DNA of 64,000 nt from an uncultured Nitrospinota bacterium (GTDB lineage Bacteria > Tectomicrobia > Entotheonellia > J063 > CAVPRW01): contig CAVPRW010000034.1 in the NCBI GenBank assembly GCA_963707985.1, positions 83,638 through 147,637 on the forward strand, in the 5' to 3' direction. Position 1 is the stretch's first letter. Every line of letters starts with the position of its first letter. Shown piece by piece: positions 33,002 to 45,724 of the stretch. The position numbers were made by a program, and so were the translations under genes. The notes beneath the pieces were generated by a model. That model ran no database searches. It was not told where the DNA came from and saw nothing but the letters and a program-made list of their open reading frames with translations.

Positions 33002-33315
33002 ATGTCTGAGGCCACCACGGTGGAAGGGGTCTTGAAACGGGATCGGGCTATTGTCCTGGCGGCCTTGGCCGGTCTCTTGGCCTGGGCCTACATGATCGCC
33101 CCGGCCCGGTGGATGCCCCGCATGCAGCCCTGGGGGCGACTGAGGCCCTCCTCCCCTGGGTCATGTGGGCCGTGATGATGGCCGCTCTGATGACTCCCTC
33201 GGCGGCCCCCATGATCGTGACGTTTGCCACCATGATCCGCCGACGACAGACCTAGCAGGAGCCGTTTGTGTCCACCACGGTGTTGGTGCTGGGCTATCTA
33301 CTCGTCTGGGACGGT
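33002..33315 (+). pseudogene. DUF2182-like membrane protein remnant
   Basis: LKRDRAIV...AWAYM and MWAVMMAALMTPSAAPM...GYLLVW; frameshift and stop. Confidence 0.7.
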
Positions 33316-33444
33316 CTCACTGAAGTACTATAATGCGTATATCGCTGAGCTGACCCACCTAGCGGCGTTAACCCACATGGGTGGAGTCGGCCAGAGCATT
33401 ATGAGCCGCTCTGACCATCACAGAAGCCATGTGTAACATTCCCG

Positions 33445-33670
33445 ACACGCAGGCCCGCGCAATCGTCACCACGCCATCCTCGAGCGGTTGGCGCAACACC
33501 TCCAATCAGCCCCGCATCCGAGATGGTATGATGGGGCGCGCAAAACGGTCGAGTGGTGACCAACGCCGTACGGTCTCCGGTCATGCCGGCGACGCTGTGA
33601 ATACGCGTGGTCTCGATGGCCTCGGCGAGGGTCATCGCCGGCAGGATGGTGGTGAGACGGCGTGCCTGGA
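33445..33670 (-). pseudogene. comM: comM/yifB fragment (copy B, internally deleted)
   Basis: [27 protein letters not shown]...[17 protein letters not shown] joined to [17 protein letters not shown]. Confidence 0.88.
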
Positions 33671-34043
33671 TCACTCGTGTTTCACGCGCGCCTTTCCGCT
33701 CGTCAAGGCGGGGAACGACCACGTGAGGGAGACACGCTCGACGCCCGTGCACTCGCTGCACCCATCCGATACCCGCTAGATGCGACCGATACAGGGCCGC
33801 CCCCGGTGCACTCACCAGCGGATGGCTTTGATGGCGACGTCAACACTGGCCACCCATGCGATGTGGGTGAACACCAGGTTCACACAGGCGTCTTGCGCTT
33901 GCGCCGCGGCGGCGGCACAGCCGTCCCGAAATGCTACCCTCCGGAAAAACACGTTGAGGGAAACCTTGCCACTACCTTCCAAATCGGCACGCTCAAACGG
34001 CTTGCCCTTACGGCGCATAGGTGCGCCTAACTACCCACGCGAT

Positions 34044-35054
34044 TTAGCCCACCGTTTTCTGGACCGACACACCAGCAGAACGGTCTTCCGTGGCATTACC
34101 GCGCCTTGTCGTTTCGTCTATCGACGGATTCGTAGCCTCCGGCCCCCGCAGGCCACTGTTTGGTCCAGGGCGGAAGCGGTGAGGTTCAACAGGTGCCGCG
34201 CTTTCAACGCGGCCTTCGGTCTTCTCGAGGATGCCTGGCACGAGTCTCTCCGAGAACCCAGCGATGAAACACCAGATGATCAGCAGCGCCAGAGCCTTCG
34301 GCGCGTGCGTGGCGTCAAGGGTCTCTAATTTAGAGAAAGCGCCGCCACCGAGGAGGCCCGACCGTATGAAGAAGAGGAGCACGCATCCGGCACCAGCGCC
34401 GATCAGCGCCCGCGACAAGAATATGGCCCCTGGTCGCATGAGATTCAGCGCATCTGGCTCAGCCACCGTTAGCCGACTCTGCAGGCTTCCCAGCATGCTA
34501 AATGCTGCCCCCCATGTCCCCGCGAGCCCGGCTAAGATCAGCAGATGAAAGTTGTCGAAAGCGGGATTCCAGAACACCACCTAGACGGTCCACACGACCA
34601 AGAGTGCGAGCGCAAAGAACTCTACTGTTCGCCTGGTGATGTCTTGCGAGTACCGGCCCCTTACCGCGGTAACTGTGTAGCGCCACTGAAGGTCATGGGA
34701 TTTCTCATTTGTCAGCTTTTCCACCTGATCGCCATAGTATTTAGCTAGGTCAGAGCGTAGCGTCGTTTGCACTTCCAGGCACCTGACCCTAAGCTCCGTC
34801 TCCAGGGTCTCTTCATCGTAGAGGTGGACGAGCATCTGCTCGATCTCGTACGCCTCGCTCCAACTTCGCCGTCGACGAGGCTGTTACAGCTCATTGAGGC
34901 GATGAAGCGCGTCTGGGGTGAGCCTTCCGTCGGCCGCTTGCACCCTGGCGAAGGAAGCGCGGAGGGTGATGTGGAACTGATCAGTCAGCTCTTTAATTTC
35001 GCCCTTGCCGACACTATTTGCTTGCCTGCTCCTGAGCCAGCCTCGCAGTCTCAT
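34044..35054 (-). pseudogene. Uncharacterised multi-TM membrane protein with two in-frame stops
   Basis: One frame from ATG 35054 (AAGGAGG RBS); TAA at 34884-34886, TAG at 34581-34583; GxxGA and FIAGFSERLVP motifs. Confidence 0.7.
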
Positions 35055-35265
35055 AGCTTGGCCTCCTTTTGCCGCACATTGCCCATTCTAACCCGATGCG
35101 ATCTTGCTTTTGTCACCTTAATGGCAGTCGAGGTCGTTTCGGGACATCATGAAGGCCGGAAGTCCCAGATTGTAACTATAGGTTGGAGAAAGCCCCTCTT
35201 TACCCTCGTAGGGTCGAGGGATAGGCTAACGTGGTAGAACGTCCAGCGTCTCCATGCCCTCAGCG

Positions 35266-35465
35266 CTAGGCAGGGAACCGATCGAGTAGTCGATCGTGGA
35301 GATCAGCGAATTCCTCCGTGCGCAGCAACTCACGTGATCGGGGCTTTGGTGCCGATACCGACCCCATATCAACGATCGTTTCCGGCCGCTTACTGAGGAG
35401 GATCAGCCGATCCGCAAGAAAGATGGCTTCTTGGATGTCATGGGTCACGAGCATGACCGCACAAC
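35266..35465 (-). pseudogene. ABC transporter ATPase C-terminal remnant (nitrate/sulfonate type)
   Basis: VMLVTHDIQEAIFLADRLILLSKRP. Confidence 0.75.
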
Positions 35466-35477
35466 GCTGGAGGCTCT

Positions 35478-36365
35478 GTTGGGGACGGGAGAGAACCGGC
35501 AGCAGAGGAAGGAAGTGCTGGTGGGGGTCAACACGGTCGAGCCCAAGCCCCGCTCGTCCAATGCGCTCGCGGAACTCATGGTCGATCCAGAGTCGACGCG
35601 CATCCGCCGGCAGCAGGACCACGTGACGGGCGATGCGACGAGAGGCCAGCAGGTCAGGCGTGTGGCCAGCTTGGTGCGGACGAAGTCGGAGGTGATGGAG
35701 CGCATCAAGGCCGATGTGGAGCGCCGGGATCCGCAGCACCGCCAACGCTTGGTCGTCCTGTTCGATGGCGCCCTCGGCTTGTGGCGTCTGGCGACTCCGC
35801 TCTTCAAGCCGTGGCGTCGCGGGACGTGTGTGCTGGACATCCTGCCTGTCGTCGGCGACCTCTGGAGGACGGCCAACGCGCTGTGCAGGGAACAATCCAA
35901 GGTGGGTAAGCATTGGGTGCAGCAGCAGCTGATGGAGATCCTCCGCGGCCGGGTGCGTTACGTCATCGGCGGTCTGCGACAAATGCTCACTAAGCAGCGG
36001 CTGAGGAAATCGGTGCGGGAGACACTCACGAAGGTCATCACCTGCCGCCCCAACCACCGGCGCTGGAGGCCGTACGACGCGTACCTGGCCGCGGGCGTGC
36101 CTGTCGGGACGGGCGTGGTGGAAGTCGGCCTGCGGTTGTGCTGGTCAAGCACTGAATGGAGGGCGAAGGGAGGCGCTGGAGCCTGACAGGGGCAGACGCC
36201 ATCTTGACGTTGCGCTCGCTCAAGAAGAGCCACGACCATGATCGCCGTGACGACTGGCGGCTCCATCCCTGTCGGAGGTGGGTTCGCCTCTACAGTCGCC
36301 CGCCGAAATATAGGCCCGTGCCCCGATTGAGGCGTGTCGCATACCCAACTCAAAAAGGTCACGCT
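35478..36365 (+). mobile_element. ISKra4-family transposase remnant
   Basis: LVVLFDGA...VLDIL...YLAAGVPVGTGVVE...RMEGEGRRWS; degenerate and frameshifted. Confidence 0.75.
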
Positions 36366-36487
36366 CTAAGGCAACCACCAAGCATCCAAATTCGACAGGT
36401 AGGGTGAGCATCAGCATCTGTCTTCATAACAGGGTATGGCAATGGGAGCCCCCACAGGGAAAGAGTGGACAGACGGTGTAACCCTAG

Positions 36488-39400
36488 TCATCCACTCTTT
36501 TGAGACATTTTCGGCCTCTTTGGGGGTGTGGTGAGGTTGATGTCTCTGAAGTGCACGTCTTGCTCTATCTCGTCCAATACTTGTTGCAGACCTCCATCCC
36601 AGGACCACTTCTCCTTACGAAGCCGCAGGCGAGATCGCAGCGTCTCGACGAGGATATCCGTGGCGCTACGCGGTTCGGAGGCTCCGGGCTCTCGGGCGAT
36701 CAGTGCCGTCGTTGGATATTTGAGGACCTCCACGGTTTGCTTGACGAATTCGTGATCGTCTTTTTCGCTCTTAAGGAGCGTCGCAATCGCAAGACCCCAC
36801 GCGGCCGCTTCTTCGGCTGAACCGGTGTCTGCCAGTTGCTCGCGCGCCGTTTGCAGGGCTCTCGCGCGGGCATTGTCCCTCAGGTACGGGGCCACGGCTG
36901 CTAATGTACGGGCTAAGCCTTCCAACGCGAAGCTATAGGATTGCCTCGGCTGCTTTGATTTTTTTGGGGATGTGGTGTCCCTGATCATCTGCAGAACTGT
37001 TTCGACTATTACAGGTCCAGCGTTGCCTGCATACTCCTGGGTGACAAGTGTTGCCAGCAGTCTGCCCCGAAGCCCAAGACGCAGGTGACCGGCTAGGGTA
37101 TCCGGTGGTCCTGCCGTCTCTTTCAGCGCTTGTAGAAGCGCGGTGGTGGCGGTTGTGGGGTCATCGGCAGATGCCTCGACATCCGCGATGTGTAGCAGCC
37201 GATGCACCACATCAGTCGGCATCCCGCTGGCCAAGGCCAGCGGCGCAATCAACCGCGCGACGGCGAGGTGTGCGACCGTGACATCATCCGATTTCACTGG
37301 GGTCAGCCACTCCTTGCCTTTCTCCCTGATAAGCCATTGTTCCAATGGATTTCCAGCGGAAGCAATATCACTCTCCGCCAAGACCTCGGCTGCCTGCGCG
37401 AGAACGAGCAGCAAGTCCTTATCTGCGTCGCGTTCTATCTTCGTGGCGGCAAAAGATAGCAGCCGGGCGTACGCCCATTTTTGTTCTTGAGGCAGCAATC
37501 CGGCCATGAGGGGCGCAAGCGGCCGCGCCATCAGAGCCCTGAACTCGCTCGGCTCAGTGGATGAGTCTGTCCTGAATTCGCTCGATCGCAGAAGCAATGG
37601 GCCGACTTATCACATTCTTTAATACCTCATCAGAGCCAATCATCGCAGCAGCATTAGCAGCATTGACGATAGTAAAGGTGTTAGAGATATCCGATGGCTC
37701 CGTAGCGCTTTTGATGCCTTCTTCTATCAAGTCCCGTGCTTTTTTTTGCGTGTCCTTTCCCAACTCCTCACGGACACAGACAAATACCCGTAAAGAAGAA
37801 CAGTTGAGAAGGCGGTAGTACAGCTTCTAGTTTGCTCACATACTCGTCTATTTTATCAATGACTTGCTGCTTGGTCTTTGGATCGATACCTTTGCCGAGC
37901 GCCTCAACGGTGCATGCCAATGCCGCCCAGGCCCGGGAGTCGCTAGACCCGTCAGCCCCCCCCAGCAGAGCCATCAGCACAACCTTCCGCTCTTGGTCAG
38001 GCCAGCGGAGGCCGACGGCGCGAATCACGGGCTGGGGTCGGAGTCCAAATGCTGTCTTTTTGCTAAATGCTTGACGTTCAAGTTGGCTAACAAAAATAGA
38101 GCGGAATCCATTATTCTGAGTTGCAAGTTTCCAAAGAGTTGTAACGTAGTTATCGGACATGACTGGCGAAGGCGAAAAGGCGGTCAAGGTATCCCACATT
38201 TGCCCGGCTTCTTCCCTCATTGCTGCCCTTTTTTCTCCCAAATGAACATTCCAGAGATAACCGAAGCCAAGGAGGACAACAATCCCCAAAAAGAATTTCA
38301 TCCCCCATGCCATGGAATTGCGGGTCTTACTGCGCAGCAGATATTTGCGGTGGGCGGGGAATGCTGCACCGTTACCCAACAACTCCTCGCTACGCTGTGT
38401 GCCTGTTGCCTCAGAGTCCCGCTTTTGGTCCCCATCCGCGGTGAAACGCTCCGACCAGTATCTATTCGTACCGAGGCGCTAAGAGCCGCTCGACACGCCC
38501 CAACTCGTGAGCAGGGAGGAGTCCAAACCACTGCGTGAGCCATGACGGCCAGAACTGCCGCTGCTGCCCCTCCTGCCGTCCTGCATAGTGGTCAACGAGG
38601 TGGCGATAGGCTGCGCCGGCGTCTCGGTCTTCCTCTAGCTGCTTACCCATGCGGGGCCAGTTGCGCATGAGGGATTCGTGCGAGACGTCGATTATGCCGC
38701 TCTGCCGCACCCAGAGCAGGCGGTGATCCTGGTAGAAACGGCGAATGACCGCCTCGACGTCTGCATCGGGCTTTTCCAGTCCCGCCACACGGGCAATTTC
38801 CTCCCGGTTCGTCCAGCGACGCTTGAAGTTGCCGCGGTCGTCGACTTCGCCCATGAGGCAAAACGCGACGCGGCCGATTTCCTGCTGGTGCGTCGTCAGC
38901 TGCTCGCCATAGAGGGAGCCTGCATACAGCTCCTCCGCGACATGCTCAAGGCCGTGTCGTAACAGCCAGCCGCCAACGCCGGCGCCGTATGCAGCCGACC
39001 GTTCCCTGACAACGTCGTCCCAACTCTCGCACCCCAGTGTCTGTGCCAGGTCTTGCAGTGTGACCCGCGGCTCCGCCGCCTCTGACCGGGCCGCAGCTTC
39101 CTGATGCCAGCGCGCAAATGCCGTGCGCCAGAGCACGGCCAAGAGATGCTGTAACAAGGGCAGGTGATCCGGGTCGTGAGCGATTTCCTCGACAGCATCG
39201 GAGCAGCTCGGTCACGACTTGGACATCGTAGGGGCGCACATCAACCACGCCGGATGGGCGGGCCTCTGCCAGGAGCCCGGCGCGAAACATGGCAGGACGC
39301 ACCGGCTCCACAATCGCCTGGCGTAGCTCCGTCTCCTTCAGGCGTCGCGTGAGATAGCCAGAGGCATTGATGACATCCGGGAGGTCAATGAACTCGGCGC

Positions 39401-39960
39401 ACCGGTGCAGGTCGTCAGTCCGCATCGTGAGGATCAGATAGAGGCCGGGATAGTGGTCGCGCCCGCGCCAGGCATCGATAATAAACCCGGCAAGCGCGGC
39501 CGTTTCCGCTTTGCCTCTGTTTTCCTCGCGGAACAGCTCCTCGAATTGATCGATGAGGACGAGGAGATTGGCCTTGTCGAGCACGGCCTTGGAGAGATCC
39601 GGCCTGAGAGGGATTTCGTGTTTGAAGGCTGGCAAGAAGCCACCGAGCCCTTGACGGCCGTACAGCACATCGCGGATCTGCTTGCGTCGCTCCCCTGAGG
39701 GCTCAGGGGCGAGCAGCCCGTCCAGAGCGTCCACGAGGTTCGCTACCGGAGCACGTCCGGGCGAACAGATGGCTACCCGCCAGAAGTCGCCGCGGCCGGG
39801 AATCATTTTCAGCCGAAGCGCCGGGATGACGCCGGCTCGCAGCGATCGACGACTTGCCGCATCCCGAGCCGCCCAGAACGACCACGCAACTGTCGCTGGC
39901 AAGCCGCTGGAGGATCTCCTCAACCTGTACATCTCGTCCCTTGAAGTAACGCGACTCTTC
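36488..39960 (-). CDS. nSTAND1-type STAND NTPase with TM helix and helical C-terminal region; 5' end lost at IS3, five frameshifts
   Basis: YFKGRD, GGSGCGKSS Walker A, LIDQFEELF Walker B, LTMRTD, LPLLQHLL, DVSHESLMRNW, TM FFLGIVVLLGFGYLW. Frame changes near 39845, 39200, 38465, 37790, 37600. Confidence 0.8.
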
Positions 39961-41247
39961 GCTCCCCATTGTCAAGACAGTTTGATGCTGAAATTAAGAT
40001 AAAATTCTGTGCCGACTTGATGGGCACATGCCGGGGGTTGCGGGATCCAACACGCCCTGTCGCCCCCCGAAATACACCGTTGCTGGGGTCTGGTAGTCCA
40101 GCGCCTGATGTAAGCGCTGACAGTTATAAAAGTCGAAGTACTGCTTCAGGCCGCTGACCGCCGCTTTGGGCGTCTCGTAATCTTTCAGATAGACCTCCTC
40201 ATATTTGACGGTCCGCCATAGCCGCTCGACAAAGATGTTGTCCAGGGCCCGTCCCCGACCGTCCATACTGATCTGTATCCCTGCCGCTTCCAAGCGGCTG
40301 GTAAAGTCGAGGCTCGTAAACTGCGCACCCTGATCACTGTTAAAAATCTCGGGCTGGGCTCCCTCCAAAGCCCGCTCCAAGGCCTCCACGCAAAACCCGA
40401 CATCCAGCGTGAGGGACACCGCCCACGACACCACGTACCGACTGAACCAATCGAGCACCGCCACCAAATAGATGAATCCCGAATGCAGCCGAATATAGGT
40501 GATGTCCGTACTCCAGACGTGATTCACCCGCGTGATCGCCACCCCGCGCAGCAAGTACGGATACACCCGATGCCCCGGGGCACGCTGGCTGGTGCGCGGC
40601 TTGGGATAGATCGCCTCCAGACCCATCACCCGCATCAGGCGCGCGACGCGCTTGACATTCACGACATGTCCCTGGGTCTGAGCCAGGCCGTCATCCGACG
40701 CACGCCGTAAAAGGGCGTCCGGGTGTACTGCTCATCCAACAAGCGCATCAGCTGCAGGTTCTCCCCAGCTCACGCCGGTCGGCTGGTAGTACCAACTGGC
40801 CCGTGGCAGCCCGACCAGCTGACACTGCCGAGCAATGCTGATCTGGGGATGCGCCGGCTCGATCAGGCCGCGCTTGGCCTCAGGGGGCAACTCCAGCTTT
40901 TTTTTGAGCCAGTCCAACTCGACCTTGAGTTGGCCAATTTGCTGGTACAGCTGCGCCTTCAAGGCTTCCTCGGCCTGCTCCCGCTTCCCAAGCCGTGCCG
41001 CGAAGAGGCGGGGTCCCTCAGTTTGTAAATGCTTCTTCCACTGGGCGATCTGGGTCGGATGTACCCCATATTCGCTCGCAAGCTCGTTGAGGGTCTTCTC
41101 CCCTTTGAGCGCTTCGAACGCCATGCGGGCCTTGAATTCTGCACTGTACCGCTTCCGCTGTGTCGTCATCCGCTCCTCCTCCTCTCGCCCTCCGCGACAC
41201 AGCCATTCTACCTTAACTAGCCTGTCTAGTTTTCGGGGTACACTATA
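39961..41247 (-). mobile_element. IS3-family insertion sequence
   Basis: OrfA from 41169 (RKRYSAEFKA...LYQQIGQLKVELDWLKKK); OrfB DDE (WSTDITY, NSDQG, DNIFVERLWR); imperfect IRs GTACCCCGAAAACTAGACAG / GCTCCCCATTGTCAAGACAG. Confidence 0.93.
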
Positions 41248-42825
41248 GTACTTGTGGTAGAGTACATCAAAGAGATGCTCAACAAACCTTGTGAGTTCAT
41301 CTGAATCATATCGGAGATCACCATCATGAGCACGAAACCGCACGACGCTCCAACCTGGGGGGACGAATATACCCGTTGCCCTCATATAAAAAATCCCTGG
41401 GAACATCTTTTTTACTGCGACATCCTCTAGGCTTGATATAGTCCTTGTCTGCTCGTATACCGCGGCATCATCTTTATTTTCATTGATCACGATGACCACG
41501 CCATCCGGGCGCTCGGGCAGTTCTTTCTCGATCATGTTCCAGTCCGCATAACCGAATTCGATGTCAGCGGAGCAGTCGATGTGATACTCCTTTTTTTTCT
41601 CGGAGCACACCTTTTCAAAGGCTGTATGGACTATTTGCTGTGCTTTCCAGATTTTTTTCTCATCGGTTTCTTCCCACTCGACCCAGACTCTTGCGGTAAC
41701 AGACGGTGGAGATGAGGGTGCGTGTATCTCTGCGGCGAGCTCGGATGCGGTGCAGTGTCGCCTGCGTGCCTGCGGGAGCTCGTCGAGAAACTTGGCATCG
41801 TATTCGTCGAGCGGGGTGACATCATCTGGCGATCCAGTTGCTGGCGGTACCGGTTCCCACCAGAGCATCTCCAGGCCTGGCGTTGACAGATCGCTCGCCT
41901 GGTACGTATCGCACAACTGTTTCTGCAGCGCGAGATGGCCGCCCGGGGGGTCAGAACGCTTAAAGAGAGGTGGTAGGGCATCAAACGGCTGTATGAGTAA
42001 CCTCGCACCGGCAAGTCGCTCGCACAGTTTGTGAGGCTCTTCGCGTAACTCGTGGTAGTCGACGACTTCGACGCTGGTCGCGCCGAGCGCGCAGACAAGC
42101 TTGTCTCTCGCCTTCGCGAGGCGTGGCGGCACGGCTCCTACGAAGATCTTCCCAACCACTGGACTGGGGGCACGAGGGAGTCCCCGAGGAGAAAGCGTTT
42201 TCCGGCGCTCGATGAGCTTTCTCGTGAACTCTTGCACGAGCGGATGACACTGCTCGTGGAAGGTGTCGTCGAATCGGTTGGTCGTGCTTGAACGGACAGG
42301 TAGAAGCCCCCCGTCACGCAGGAAATTTTCCTGCCGGATTGCCTTCTGCAACACATCACGGAACGTGCTCCATAAACGGCGGCGCTGTGCCGGAAGTCGC
42401 TCCGGGTCTCCCCCCCGCAGCAGCTCAACAGCCGCTCGGTCGAGGACAATGACGTAGGTTCGCTGCAGCGCATCTTCGATGGAGCCGCCAGTTGCTTGGC
42501 GGAAGATGTCCAGTTCTAACAGGCAGTATTCCGACTTGAGATACCCTGTGCCGAGAAAGACGAAGAGAAAAGCCGATTGTCGCACCTTTTCGTCAATGAC
42601 CTCGGTTAAGGGGCCATTGTGTGGAAAGCCCGTCTTGTCACGACAGACACTGAACTTCTGCACAGCCGCATCGTCCACGGCAGGAGCGCGCCGGAGCTCT
42701 GCCTCGACCTTCTCCTTCAAATAACATTCGAAATCTCCAACCCATCCGTTATGTGCTACGTCGTCCGCATGGGCATAACTTAGAAACGCATCATAGAAAC
42801 CCTTGCCCTCACTGCAGTAGCCCAT
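41248..42825 (-). CDS. TIR domain-containing protein, C-terminus cut by IS3
   Basis: YDAFLSYAHAD, WVGDF, LFVFLGTGYLKSEYCLLELDIF (Glu at the TIR catalytic position), then ~350 aa of unassigned alpha/beta sequence. Confidence 0.85.
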
Positions 42826-42904
42826 TCCTCTGCTCCCCGAGAGTACAGGAAAATCAAACGGCCTTTTCCACCGCCCGCGTTCGCCCAGCTGATGCGACCC
42901 TGAG

Positions 42905-43220
42905 TAGCAGAAAGTCAATCTTCTGGCCCTGCTGATTGACGGCCCGATACAGATAGCGCCACTCCCCCTTAACCTTGATAGAGGTCTCGTCCATCCGCCC
43001 ACTGACCCACACCGGGCGCTTACGGCGATGAAAGGCTTCTTCTAAGTGGGGACTGTAGTTCACGACCCAGCGCTGGATCATGGCATGGTCGATCGGCACC
43101 CCGTGCTCCTCCATCAGTTCTTCAGCATGCCGATAGCTCAAGGGATACGCTACATACCAGCGCACGCCCATGAGTAATGATATCTTGTGGGAAATGGGCT
43201 CCCTTGAAGCTCACCGCCAT
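42905..43220 (-). mobile_element. IS6-family transposase remnant (N-terminal)
   Basis: FKGAHFP...VRWYVAYPLSYRH...RMDETSIKVKGEWRYLYRAV...IDFLL. Confidence 0.88.
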
Positions 43221-43927
43221 CGTCTCGCTTCCTCCCAGAGCGCCCGAAGTCACCGCGAGGGATCACACCCTCTAAATCGACTCCAATGAACACTTGCGAC
43301 AGAACCGTCCATAGTCCATAGCACGGCCTTTTTGTGTTCTCAAAGCCCTTTGATCCTCTGATGAAAATCCCCTCCTCGGGCACGTAACCGACCAACGCCG
43401 AGATGATCGCTCTCAGGTCGTGGGCCTCTGGGCCGCTCTCTGAGCGGTGGGGGAGCACACCACATCGGAGCTGATGTGGCCCTTCCCTTCTGGCTGGCTC
43501 GATTGGTGCCCAGTGAACCATTCGGGTCATACGACTCTCAAGAGGATGCCGAGCCTCCAAGCCACCTTGCTCATCCCGTGCTGAAAAGCAGTCAACTCGG
43601 ATGGCGCCTCCCTGTCCGCATCACCCACTCGGCAGTTCATCGCCTTGTATCATGTCCATGCAAAGGCATGCAACATCAAAAGTTTACCCTATGTTTTTGT
43701 GCTTGTAGACAGGCGTTGCGCCCGCCCCATCGGCGGCAGAAATGCTCATGCTGGCTCTCCCGCAGACCGCTGACACGAAGCATCGTCGCGCCTCCGGCCG
43801 CAGCAGCGAACAGATCTGGCCGGAAAACCAGGCTACGCAGTTGTTGCCGCTACCGCAGCTCAGGGCACGCGGGAGAGCATACCCCTGTTTAATGCCGCAT
43901 GGCCTTCAGCTGTGAGATTGGCAGCCA

Positions 43928-45586
43928 TCAGGACCGTTTGGTTGCGTAGAACCCGAAGGGCATGTTGCCCCACCACGTAGTCCCGGCGAGCGCATTGCGC
44001 TGGTGCGTAAACAGATACCCCTGGAAGCGCTGATCGTCTCCCCGCTCTGGCGTATCACCAAAGTCAATGTAGAACACGATTTGGTGGTCGGGACCCCAGT
44101 CCTCTGCCAACGGATAGGCCCAGGTCCGGACATGGCCGCGCACCCGGTGCGATTTCCCATCCTGGCCCGTGTAGGTCCCCGTCAGGTTGGGCATCTGCTC
44201 GATCCAGGCATCGCCCGCGGCTTCGAGGACGAGCGTGCCGCGCCAGTTGTCATGCACCATGTCATATGTGCCCAGAAAGTCGCGCTTCTGGAACCGTGAC
44301 ACCCTGCTCAACCGCAGGGATGGATCGCCGAAGAGGTGGAATTTCCAGGGCTGATGCACTTCAGCGACCTTGGCCCAGTTGGGCGACGAGATGAGCTGCG
44401 GCACCACGTGCACTTGATGGTAGCGCAGCAGCATGTAGTTCCACATGCCGCCGAGCGTGGCCCACTGGTGCTGGGTCGCCTCACAAAAATATTTGAGCAA
44501 GTCCGTGCCCATTGGCTGCGCGCCTGTGACACACGCCACATAGGCCACAGCCCTGGCCTTACTCGTGACTAGAAATGCCTCCGCCATACTCTGGGGGTTG
44601 TCCTGCACCTGCAGGCAGGCGGGTTGTGGAGGCTTGGCCGTGAACTGCTCGCCGGCATCGCATCCCGCATGGTGCCTCCCGCGGCTGTCGGTGTAGGGGT
44701 GGTAGGGTGGCAAGGTGGCGAAGTGCGCGGTATCACAGGCGACGGCAAAGGCGATCGGCGGCCGCTGATGATTGTCGAGGCCGCCCATGTCGCGTGTGCT
44801 GTACACGCCGTGCCAACTGCTCGGGGAGCCATGCCCGATATAGGTGACTAACCCCACACCGCGGTTGCAAGCCTGATTGATTAGCGCGCGATCGGGCACG
44901 GGCGTCGCGCGGCACGGGTTGCCGAGGCCGTAGGCTTTGGCCACCTGGTAGCCGCCGAGCGACTGGGCGGCGATGTCCTCCTGGATGCGGCAGGCATCCG
45001 CCACCCAGTCCGTCGTCGCCAGGAGCAGTGCCGACTTCGCCCACGGGGCGCGATAGGCGTTGAACTCGTATGCGATCACTTTGGCGACGTAGTTCTCCAC
45101 CTCTGCCGCCGTCGACGCCGGGATGCGGCCGATGGCGAGATCGAGGCGCAGGTCGACGCGATCCACGTTGACCTCGCCCGCCTGGCTCTCGCCGCGCACT
45201 TCACCGAAGTAGCCGTCCTTGATGTAATCCCAGTCCTCGAAGCTACCGTCCGGCTCGAACAGGTCGGCGTAGTACAGATTAGCCGGGTAGAAGGCCGTGT
45301 TGCAGGCGCGCGGATCCGTGCGATCGGTACAGGTATAGCGCACCGGGAACTTGTCGCAATCCCCGACCAGCATCGCATACTTCAGGCGATGCCTACTGTA
45401 GTAGTCCGCCAGGCACCGCTTGACCCCCTCCGCCTCATCGCGCCCCGGGTAGGCAGCCTTGATCGTCTCCAGCGTGACGATGCGGGTCGCGAGCCCCGTC
45501 CCATTCTTGTGGGCTTCAAGGGGCGTGAGGACTTCAAGGAACTCTTGCGGGGTCAGGATCAGCAGGTCGATGAGCTCATCTGCCAT
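43928..45586 (-). CDS. C25 family (gingipain-like) cysteine peptidase
   Basis: LVGD, YYADL, IGRIPA, YIGHG (His), AVACDT (Cys), LFGDP; no signal peptide. Confidence 0.9.
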   Translation of the reverse strand: MADELIDLLILTPQEFLEVLTPLEAHKNGTGLATRIVTLETIKAAYPGRDEAEGVKRCLADYYSRHRLKYAMLVGDCDKFPVRYTCTDRTDPRACNTAFYPANLYYADLFEPDGSFEDWDYIKDGYFGEVRGESQAGEVNVDRVDLRLDLAIGRIPASTAAEVENYVAKVIAYEFNAYRAPWAKSALLLATTDWVADACRIQEDIAAQSLGGYQVAKAYGLGNPCRATPVPDRALINQACNRGVGLVTYIGHGSPSSWHGVYSTRDMGGLDNHQRPPIAFAVACDTAHFATLPPYHPYTDSRGRHHAGCDAGEQFTAKPPQPACLQVQDNPQSMAEAFLVTSKARAVAYVACVTGAQPMGTDLLKYFCEATQHQWATLGGMWNYMLLRYHQVHVVPQLISSPNWAKVAEVHQPWKFHLFGDPSLRLSRVSRFQKRDFLGTYDMVHDNWRGTLVLEAAGDAWIEQMPNLTGTYTGQDGKSHRVRGHVRTWAYPLAEDWGPDHQIVFYIDFGDTPERGDDQRFQGYLFTHQRNALAGTTWWGNMPFGFYATKRS

Positions 45587-45708
45587 GATGTCCTCCTGAG
45601 AGTCGTCGCAGCCGCTGTGATCAACCGAACAGCCATGATCATCACATGGCGCTGCCAGGTGTGGGAGTGGTCGTCAGGTCAGGATTGATAGCTCTCATAC
45701 AACCTTAG

Positions 45709-45724
45709 AGCAAGAACGATACCT
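45709..45724 (-). promoter_or_regulatory. Putative sigma-54 promoter (C25 peptidase)
   Basis: AGGTATCGTTCTTGCT; enhancer-like TGGGACAAAATGCCCCG at 45832-45848 and a half-site at 45811. Confidence 0.55.

Noticed and set aside
33780..34030. Short ORFs between comM copy B and the membrane pseudogene
   Set aside because: No family motif or RBS recognised
34581..34583. TAG readthrough (pyrrolysine) in the membrane gene
   Set aside because: A second in-frame stop is TAA and no pyl genes are visible; simple decay is more likely
40732..43002. 756-aa ORF as a single native gene
   Set aside because: Chimera of out-of-frame IS6 sequence, the TIR gene and IS3 orfA/orfB
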